DNA of 64,000 bases from Octopus sinensis (lineage: Eukaryota): NCBI RefSeq assembly GCF_006345805.1, contig NC_043006.1, positions 93,992,001-94,056,000 on the forward strand, in the 5' to 3' direction. The position numbers and the translations under genes are program-made. The notes below the pieces were generated by a model that did no database searches, was not told the origin of the DNA, and saw only the letters and a list, made by a program, of their open reading frames with translations. Within the stretch, counting starts at the first letter, position 1, and each line of letters begins with the position of its first letter. Positions 54,568 through 64,000 of the stretch are shown piece by piece.

Positions 54568-55650
54568 ACATATATATATTCAACAATATAAGGAATGGCC
54601 ATAATATGACATTCAACTCACTAGAAAGAGCAGCCAAACTCAAACCACTAAATAGTTGTAATTTGTATATGTAATATATATATATATATATAATATATAT
54701 ATATATATTATAGAGAGAACGAGAGAGAGAAGCACAAACACACACCTATACATTTACACACACACACTTATACACCTTATGGTAACCTTTTGGGACATCT
54801 AGATATTTCTGCAGCTACTCATGTATAACTCTGACACACACACACACACACACGCACACACACACACACGCGCACACACACACACACACACGCACACACA
54901 CACACACAGACACACACAGACACACGGACAGACATGCTCATTTCTCTCTTATACATTTGCTGTTCTGTCTACCTCTCTGCAATTTAAAAAGAAGGAACAA
55001 ATATTACAATTCTTTCTCTCTCTCTCCCCCCCCCCTCTCTCTCTCCATCTCTCTTCTTTACCTGAAATGCTGTTTTTCAGGTTTGGCACCAATTCCTATT
55101 GCATTTGGTAGTTAAGTTTAATTATGCCCTAGACATTAGTATTGTTCTTGTTCTCATTTCTTCTCCTTCTTCTTCTTCTTCTTCTTCTTCCCCTCCTCCT
55201 CTTCCTCCTCTTCCTCCCCCTCCTCCTTCTCTCCATTGGGTTTTGTAATGAAATGCAAAGTACTAAAGTAAACCTTATTTTATTCCCCACCCCCCACATC
55301 CCACCAACCAATATGAAGATTAGAATTTGCTTGCTATGTCAGTTATAAGAGTCACCACCAACACCACCATCATCACATCTACCACCACCACCACCGCCGC
55401 CGCCGCCATCATCAAAACTACCACCACTACCATTTCCACCACCACAACCACCAGTTACAGTACCAACAACCACAGTTACCACAACCACCACCATCATCAC
55501 CATTACCATCATCATCACCAACACTACTATCATCATCACATTTATGATGACCACCACTACTATCATCACCACTCCATGCCACCACCAGTACCATCTACAC
55601 ATACACCATTTAACCATTGTCAGTTACCATCATGTGCGTAAGTATATATA

Positions 55651-56509
55651 CAGGGTGCAGTGAATAAATTGTCATCTAAATTACACAAAAATGGAAATAA
55701 CACTGACATCTTATTTTAACAGATATATTTACCAAAATTACATAAAAATATCTTGAAATACTAAATGGTAAATTAATTCAATAAAATCGCCATTGGCTTC
55801 GACCACAGCCTCCAGACGACTTTGGACTCTCCGGCATCTCTTCTGGACAGTCTCCTTCTTTATGTTGGTGACTGCTGCCATAATCCTTGCCTTCAGTTTA
55901 TCGTTGGAGTTTTATTGGTCTCTTGCTCAACTGTACCACACACATAATAATCAAGGGGGTTACAGTCTGGGGAGAAGGGTGGCCAGATGTTAGGGGTGAT
56001 GTGGTTGCAGAAATTGTCTGACAGCCATGACTGTGTTCTCCTGCTTGTGTGGCATGGTGCAGAATTCTGTTGCCAGACATAGGATCTTCTAGCAGCCATC
56101 CTCTTGACCCAGGGCAGCACTACCTCCTTCAGGCACTTGATGTAGGTTTCTGTGATGAGTCTGGGGCCATATGGGAAGATAAGTGGAGGCATAACATCAC
56201 CATCACTAGTGATCACTCCAAATACCATGATGTTGACTGGCTGTTTGATTTTTATCACTCTCGGTACATGTCCTCAGAGTGACACCCAAACACTCTGAAA
56301 TATTCATATTGGTGCTTTCAGTGTGAATGCCAAACAGTATAGCATATTATTTCCAAATTTCTGGCAGATGGAATTGTGTCACAGTGCTGTTTTTCTCACA
56401 GATGGTGCCCAACTGACCCTACTTTACTGTGTAGTTGACAAAATCAAAAATGATATACATATGTGAAATTAAAACTATAAAATGGTGACAATTTACCCAT
56501 TGCACCCTG
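55651..56509 (-). mobile_element. Internally deleted Tc1/mariner-superfamily transposon, maT (DD37D) type
   Basis: TIRs CAGGGTGCAGTGAATAAATTGTCATC / CAGGGTGCAATGGGTAAATTGTCACC with TA TSD; MVFG...QQ(N)SAPCH...WPPFSPDCNPLDY with 37 residues between the last two catalytic positions. Confidence 0.9.
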
Positions 56510-57652
56510 TATATATACACACACATGTATATATGTATATATTTATTTAAGCTATAAACACATACACGCACACTCATATGTGTATATATACTCACCCACA
56601 CATACACAAATCTATGCATGAAAAATACATACACAAGTATACATAGCTGTATACATATATATACATACATGCTCACATTCTTGCTTAAAATGAAGCATGC
56701 TTACATAGACACATATATAAATTCATACACATACACACATATTTATATGCACAAATACCATTTTGTTTCGTTAATACCAATTGATTTTTTTTCTTCTTTT
56801 CTCTATTTTTTGCTACCCAGGTTTGAACCATAGATGTGAGGGATACTTGCTGGATTGCTTACCTGCCAACTCAACTTTGTGGTTTCTGTCTCCCTAATCA
56901 AATAAGCAGCAACAGCAACAACAAGAACACCAACATTATCATCACTAACATCTGTGTCATTAATCTTTCCATCATCAACTTATTCCATGGCAAAGATTCA
57001 GTTAGCCATTAATTAATTAACGTAGTCAGTTAAGAATTTGCAAACGTATCCAACCCACATCAGCACACAGAGGAACAAATGAGAAAATGTTGAGATCAGA
57101 AAGATTGTCAAGAATTAAGTAATTCAATACCAGTAATATATTGGGGGTCCTTCGACCAAATTTTACCCATTATATCATAAATATTTGTCTGGAAAGCGTC
57201 ATTAACAGAAATCAATATTAAATGATGATGATGTACGAGATATTGAAAGATTTCTCTTCACCCATGTTATCAGTGGCTTTTAGAAATGCATGAATATCAC
57301 AACATCTCATTCTCCTTTCATTTTTCTTGTGGAAATTTTTGAACTTGTAAACTAAATGAGAAATCTTTATTTGTGATAACAAAGATGATGATAACGATGA
57401 TGTGATGATGAGGAGGATGAGTTCTTAAAATTCAATATGGGAATTGAGTTTGAAATCCGGTGATAAATAAGATTAAAGAATTAATATTTAAAACAGAAAA
57501 CAAACAATGATAATTATGTGATTTAACAAACGGAAAAAAATCTCACCAAAAGTAGCAAATAAAGGAAATATTTTATTTGTGTTTTTTTTAAAATATTATT
57601 TTTGATTGTGTTTCTGCAAAACTTGCAGAACTAAGAAGCTGCACAAATCAAT

Positions 57653-60322
57653 ATGACTGATCTCGTATATGCAGCAGAACAGGTGCAGCAGCTACTACGA
57701 TGTGCAATTTGCTTGGACAGATTCCGTCAGCCAAAATTACTGCCATGCCAACACACGTTCTGCGAGTCTCCTTGTCTCGAAGGTCTCGTCGACTATTACA
57801 CTCGTCGTATAAAATGTCCCGAGTGCCGTTTAGAGCACCGGGTCCCTATAGCAGGTACTTCAGGGTTTCCAAACAACCTCACTATCATCAGTTTCCTTGA
57901 GCTTCCACAACAGCCATCCACGGCCACCTCTCTCGACACTCCATCCCTGGCACCTGCTGGTTCAGATGTAGTCTCATCGACCCCACAGCCAACACAAGTG
58001 CCATCAACTCCTGTTGATAGTACACCCAGTTCTTTATCATTGCCTGTTGAGCCGAGAGTACCCAGTAACCATGCTATGTGCTCAGATTGTGGTCGGATGA
58101 CAGTATTGAGCACATGCTCCCACTGCACGGAACTGACATGTGAAACCTGCAGACATTCCCATATCTCAAATCTAAAACAAGACATGTCACGACAGCTTCA
58201 GCGCATTCGGCGCCTTCTACCAAATGTATCGGAGTCCCTCACCTCCGTTGAACACCGTCGTGAGCAGCTGCAACGCATGTGCAACTCAGTGAATGATACA
58301 GTTTCTGAGACAATCGACAATTATATGAGAGAACTGAAAGCTCGGCATGACTACCTGTTGTCAGAAATTGACACGTTCCACTACACAGAACTCAATGCTC
58401 TACAAACTTACCAGGAAAATCTGGAAATGGAACTGACAACCATTGCCAGCTTTTGTGATAGCACTGAACCTCTTCTGACACAGAGGGAGGATATTGAAGC
58501 ATCAAACATTGATCTGCCAGATATAAAAAGACAATTACAGGAACACATTTCGACGCTGCAAAATCAGTCAACTCTTGAACTGCCTTCAGCACGTCAGCTA
58601 ACATTACAAGCCGATGGCAGTCAGCTAGGTCCAGCTATTAACCATTTTGGGGAGTTAATGGTACTTCTTCACAGTAGCCCTAGCTCATATCTTCGAAATT
58701 CAATACTTGGACCATCAGATTCTATAAGAGGCACCAACTTGAGAGAATATAATGAATCAAGAAGACAGAGCTTATCTGGAAATGGTTCTTCAAGAACAGC
58801 AAATGATAATGCTAGCAGCAGTGCTTTGAGTTCAAATTTAAGTGGAAGTTTGTTACAGGAAAGTTTGAAACCTGCAGCCACTCAAGCTTCATCAAATCCT
58901 CACAATTCTTTTGATATTGCATATGGCGCAGCAGGTGCAACTGCTTCCAGTGCACCTCTGCAGAATGCAGCTTTGGGACCATCAGGAACTTCTACACTCA
59001 GAGATCCAGCAAGTTTCTCAGATAATGTTTTTGAAAGAGACTCTAAGTATTCAAAAGAATCTCAAAGAAACCAAGGTGACTCTTCTTCATCAAAAACTTC
59101 CTCAGGTTCTGATGAAAACCGAGGCCGCTATGGTAAGAAGCAAGATACTTATGGAGGAGCAAAAAGTAGAACCAGGACAGAATATTCTTCCACACCCCAC
59201 GCCAAAAATAGAAGCCTTTTTTCCAATGATGATGATGATGAATATGAGGATGATGGAGGCAGACTTTTAGCTGAAAGAGATCCAATGGGTATGAGACCAC
59301 CAAGGGATTCCCATGGATCACAAAACTCTCATTACGATAGATATGGAGCCTCAAATGAGCTTGTGTTATATGAAGACAATGCATCTGCTCCTTTGCAGCG
59401 AAGATCTTTGCCAAATTCACCCATTTTGGCCCATAGGAATATGGAAATGAATCCAGTTGATTTAATATTACCAGCTGCTCTTACATGGCATCCACGATCA
59501 GATATTTCTTCCAGATATAATGGTTTCCCAAGAAATCCTGCTGGCTATTATAGTCAGAATACACTACCGATTACATTTAACTGGAGAGATCTTTGTGGGT
59601 ACTCTGAACAAATGCCTAGAGGCCAAATCCTAGATGCTCCTCCACATGGGAACCACAAAGCAATTTCTCATTCACAGTCCAGACATCCAGATATAGAGGA
59701 GAGTTCTTCTTCAACTGACAATGGTGCATCTGTCACAGCGTCTACAAGAAAGAGACGATCTATTCCCCAGTCAAGGTTTGATAATCATGGTGTTGCAGAC
59801 TCTTCTGATGATGATGATGGTGATAACTCTGCTGGAACACCAGGACCAGGACATAGGCATTGCAAGTCAGCAAGTACACTGGTCACTCAAGCAAGGAACA
59901 ACTATAGAGCAAAATCCCGATCATGGACACGGTTTGGTGAACATGGCAATGAAGAGTCTCAGTTTATATCCCCACGGGGTGTAGCAGCGAGTGAAGATGA
60001 TGAAATATATGTCTGTGACAGCAGTAACCATCGAGTTGAAGTGTTTGATAATACCGGAATCTTCCTGCATTCTTTTGGATCCTATGGTCAAGGAAATGGT
60101 CAGTTTGATTGTGTAGCAGATGTGGCAGTGAACCAATTTGGCAACATCGCTGTAACTGACCGATACAACAATCGTATTCAACTTTTCGATAGACATGGAT
60201 GTTTCCAATCTGTTATTGGTTCTGCAGGCCATGGTGATGGAGAACTAAGCTACCCTTGGGGTATAGCATGGGATAACATGGGATTCCTATATACCTGTGA
60301 CAAAGACAACAATAGAATACAG
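57653..60322 (+). CDS. nhl-1: TRIM-NHL E3 ubiquitin ligase (nhl-1/abba-thin type), first coding exon; gene continues beyond the window
   Basis: RING CAIC...CQHTFC...CPEC; B-box-like CSDC..CSHC..CETC..H; coiled coil; Ser/Asp-rich linker; three NHL repeats (PRGVA...DSSNHRV, FDC...DRYNNRIQ, YPWG...CDKDNNRIQ). Acceptor TTGCAG at 57628, in-frame TAA before the ATG, donor CAG|GTAAGA at 60322/3 (890 codons, phase 0). Confidence 0.9.
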
Positions 60323-60766
60323 GTAAGAACAATAATCACATACCTTATAAAATCTTTTTGGTCAACAGAGAGAAAAGTATTTATAAACAAACTTAGAAGA
60401 AGCTATAAGCAATTATTATTATTATTATTGTTTTTGTCTTGGCCATTATTCAACTGCCACTCCTAAGAAAACAAGGCTTGACCACACTATTCAATTTACA
60501 AAAGCAGGTAGTAGTAATTTGCAGTCACAGTCAGTTGAACATGTCATGCTACCAGAACTACATGTTCTTGCAGGAACAAGGAAAATAAACTATGAATGTT
60601 AATCTTAATTTTAATTTTAATCTAATTTTATAAAAAGTTCTTTTCCCTTTACATGTTCCATTTTAGTACATATTTTTGGTAAGGCTTTTCAAAAACTGAA
60701 ACATGTAAAAGGAAATTTAAAATGTACCCAATTTTAAGAAAGTAGTGTTTTCGTTCTTGTTTTTCA

Positions 60767-60799
<33 letters not shown>

Positions 60800-61589
60800 C
60801 CTTCGTTTATAAATGTGTATAAATACCACATGTGTGTGTGTGTGTGTGTGTGTGCTTGTATAAAGTACAGCTATTACATTCAAATGACCTCTTTTAGTAT
60901 AAGGAGCCTTGTGTCAGTAGAAGGATGGAGGCCGACTGTTAATGTTTAAGGGTAGGTTTACCATTTTGATGATTCTTTCATCCTGACCTAATGAAGAGAC
61001 AAATTTCAGCACCCAGACGTGTGTATGTGTGTGCATGTGTGTGTTGTGTGTGTGTGTGTGTGTGTGTGCATAAATAATTTTACACAGTCTATTTCCTTCA
61101 TCTGCTGTCAGCTGAAGAACAGTGGTGGTTCCTGTACTGGTGCCAAGCTGCCAAATAAATGTGATGATGTATACAGTTTAATATCTAGCTATATACACTC
61201 ACTTCTCCAAAATATCTTGTCTTTGTCACCATGCCAACCAACAGAGTCTTTACATCTTTCTGACATTTTAAACATGCCCTGTAAAAGCTAAAAAAAAAAT
61301 CCTTTCAGACTTATCTCAGTGTTAGCTAAAAAGATAAGAATACTGCACCATCATTCCATGCTAAGCTCATGAGTAAGGTAGTGTGGGAAGAGGAGGTGGA
61401 GGAGGAAGGGAAGCAGGAGGATGAGAAGAAGTGGAGGAGGAGGAAGAGAGGACTATTCACTGAGACTCATGATTCTCAACCCTTTTTTTTTGCCTATGGA
61501 ACCCCTTTGATCCTTATTTTCCTTGGATGGGCCCTCAAAGCCATTTGATGCTGTAAAAAGACCTTATATATTTCTATAATGGAATATTT

Positions 61590-61805
61590 ATTTCTTTATT
61601 GTCCACAGGGGGCTAAACAAAGAGGGGATAAACAAGGACAGACAAAGGGATTAAGTCGATTACATTGATCCCCAGTATGTAACTGGTACGTATTTAATCG
61701 CCCCCCCCCCAAAGGATGAAAGGCAAAGCTGACCTTAGTAGAATTTGAACTCAGAACATAATGGCAGATGAAATACAGCTAACATTTCTGCCAGCTCCAC
61801 GCCTT
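61590..61805 (-). mobile_element. SINE family B copy
   Basis: CCACAGGGGGCTAAAC...TTTCTGCCAGCTC, CpG-decayed. Confidence 0.8.
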
Positions 61806-61882
61806 TATAACGGAATATTATTAAGATTTGTATAAAAAAATAAATTTTTAGAATAATTTGCATATCATACAATTATAACCAA

Positions 61883-62182
61883 CTAGCAGTATCGCCCTGC
61901 GTTGCTCGGGTTTGTAAGGGAAATAACTATATAAGCATTTTTAGAGAGTTATAGCCAAAAAATAGCAAAAAAATGCATTAAAAATGGAAAAAAAATAATG
62001 GTAAATTTTTTTTTAAATCGTAGACTCATCGTAGACGCGCGCTAATACCCAGAAGGGCTCGATATGAATCACGACTATAAGATACCCGGTTTTGGTTAAA
62101 CTGCACCGCAAAATGTGGGAGTAGTTAGGAATCTAAATCGTAGGAGACAGACAGCACACAACCTCACTTTTATATATAAAGA
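61883..62182 (-). mobile_element. Non-autonomous Helitron (family 2), copy 2
   Basis: A|TC...hairpin...CTAG|T on the minus strand; homologous to 29415-29803. Confidence 0.85.
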
Positions 62183-62742
62183 TTTGTTGTACATAAATTT
62201 GACAACAAAATCTTATACAGATCCCGAAGGGTCATGTGGACCCTATTTGAGAGCCCCTGGCCTAAACCCTACTGTCATGTAAATTTCTATGAGTTTCTAT
62301 GGAGTCATTTGACCCGCTAGAAATAATACCAAAATCACCCTCAAATTGAACTTAAATAAAGGACACATTAAATAATGCAATCCCACACTTCACAGTGTCC
62401 TAAAATGATTGGATGGTCACTGTTAGAATACCCAACATCATAAATCTGATTGATCAAAGATTACTCGGAGATAAACAACAACTGCAACAATATTTACCAA
62501 ACCAAACCTTTACATGGTTGCTGCGTTTGCTAGATATACCAGCAAAAACATCACTCAGCCATCCTTATTCTTTTCTTTCTTTTTTATTTTCTCATTGTTT
62601 TTCTTTTCTACTTCCATTTTCCAACACTTTTTCACCTTCACCTGCCCTATGTTTTTCTATTAACTTTGTATATAAATTTGTTCATGTTTATGAACCTTAA
62701 TTGCTATGCCTTTACTCAAACACAATATATATATATACATAC

Positions 62743-62777
<35 letters not shown>

Positions 62778-62823
62778 ATATATATATATTATATATATAT
62801 ATATATATACTACTTGACCGGCA

Positions 62824-62865
62824 GCTACAGACGCGTTTCGGGGTATTGCCCCTTTTCAATGCAGC
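62824..62865 (-). ncRNA. Minimal type I hammerhead with compensatory U3:A8 core
   Basis: GCUGCA-UUGAAAA-GGGG-CAAUA-CCCC-GAAA-CGCG-UC-UGUAGC, next to (TA)n. Confidence 0.75.
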
Positions 62866-63603
62866 GTAGCCAGACCAGTAGGTGTCGCTTCCGACAATCT
62901 CTGTTCGAAGGTTTTATTTATGTATGTATGTGTGTGTGTGTGTGTGTGTGGGTGTGTGTGTATATGTATACATATACCTTTTTCCCCCCTCCTTCACCAT
63001 TTTCTATCTGTCTCTCTCTCCCACTCTCTTTCTTTCTCTCGTTGCTCACACGTGACCATCGTCCATCTTTCTTTTCCTGCATGGACATTCAAGAGATTGG
63101 ACATTTTGTTTCTCTCTTCTATCTTTTCTCTTTCGAAAGAAAATATTTTCCTCTTGTTCTGGTCTAACAACTCTCCATGTTTGTTTTCGTTTGGTTTCCT
63201 GGTATATCACCACTGTCCTGTTTTTGTTCCCAACATTGACCCTCCATAAATCTTAAATTTTATTTTAGAATTTATAGGAACAACTGTCTTTGAAGACTCA
63301 TATTGTCATAGGTACACAGCTAACAACTGATGAAGGGGCGTTTCTCTGTGTTTATTTGTCCTGTTTTCCATTTTTCCTCATTGTTTATGTATTTAACTCG
63401 TTTGTTTACGTATTTCATGTTGTTTGAACTGTTGGTGACATCCTGTACCCATATATGCATGTATAACACATCTGGTTGTTGTTTATACTCCTGTCTTCAT
63501 CTTTTGTTTCTCTGTAAATTTCATCTATATATGTGACTGCATGTGTATCATTGGCAATTTTCTTTCTCCATCTTTCCTTCCTTGGACCTTTCCTCTTTTT
63601 ATG

Positions 63604-63636
63604 TTTCTGACGAAAAGCTCCACTCAAAATGTTAAA
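63604..63636 (+). ncRNA. Decayed hammerhead remnant
   Basis: UUU-CUGACGA-A-AAG-CUCCA-CUC-AAAA-UG-UU-AAA; CGAAACGTT appears as CAAAATGTT, two CpG-type transitions. Confidence 0.4.
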
Positions 63637-64000
63637 TCCTCCTTCTTTCTTTCCTTTCCTGAGCGTCCAATAGCCCTATACTCTCTTCCCTTCTCTCCTT
63701 CTCTCCTCCTCTCTCTCCTCATATACCTACCTTCCCCTCCCCCCATAAACCCACCCACCCCTACTCCACCTTCCCTGTCCTTCCCACCCCTTCCCCCACT
63801 CTAACCCCCTCCCCCACATACCTCACCTCTGACCCCACCCTCTACCTACCCACAACCCCCACTCTATCCCACCCCAGCCGAACCCACACCCCACCTGTGC
63901 TTTCCCCACTCTCGCCTACCCCACCTCCCCACAACATCACACCACACTACACTACACCCTACAACATCACATGCCTCTACCACCTCCCCACAACACCACA

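Noticed and set aside
60323-60466. C-terminal 47 aa of the 937-aa ORF
   Set aside because: Follows a consensus donor CAG|GTAAGA and loses NHL similarity, so it is intron read-through.
61019-61291. Possible next NHL exon
   Set aside because: No frame gives the expected VF...G.F...FG NHL pattern.
61467-62259. hAT MITE hosting a SINE and a Helitron
   Set aside because: Ends only loosely complementary and no 8-bp TSD found.

Overview
Repeat-saturated animal genomic DNA, most likely an octopus (inference from tRNA-headed CORE-like SINE families, RTE-type (GAT)n tails and very dense TA/CA/TATG/GGT microsatellites). Nearly all ORF-track entries are microsatellite translations. One host gene is clearly supported: a plus-strand TRIM-NHL E3 ligase of the nhl-1/abba(thin) type. 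Its ~2.7 kb coding exon (57653-60322) runs from the RING through three NHL repeats, and the gene continues beyond the window. The rest is transposon-derived: three distinct Penelope-like retroelements (30.5-32.2 kb, 41.8-42.4 kb, 51.9-54.4 kb), R4/Dong, CR1-like and RTE LINE fragments, a deleted maT (DD37D) transposon, non-autonomous Helitrons and many SINEs. The most interesting signal is a set of eight minimal type I hammerhead-ribozyme motifs: one canonical, one CpG-decayed and six with variant cores (U4C, A6U, C3U/G8A; one A6U copy is disrupted). Most lie in short non-coding elements inserted in TA-type microsatellites, suggesting non-autonomous ribozyme-bearing partners of Penelope-like elements. 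A shift in CpG decay of old SINE copies near 15 kb suggests a promoter/gene-body methylation boundary. All motif calls were made by eye; no alignments, folding or database searches were run, and repeat boundaries are approximate.
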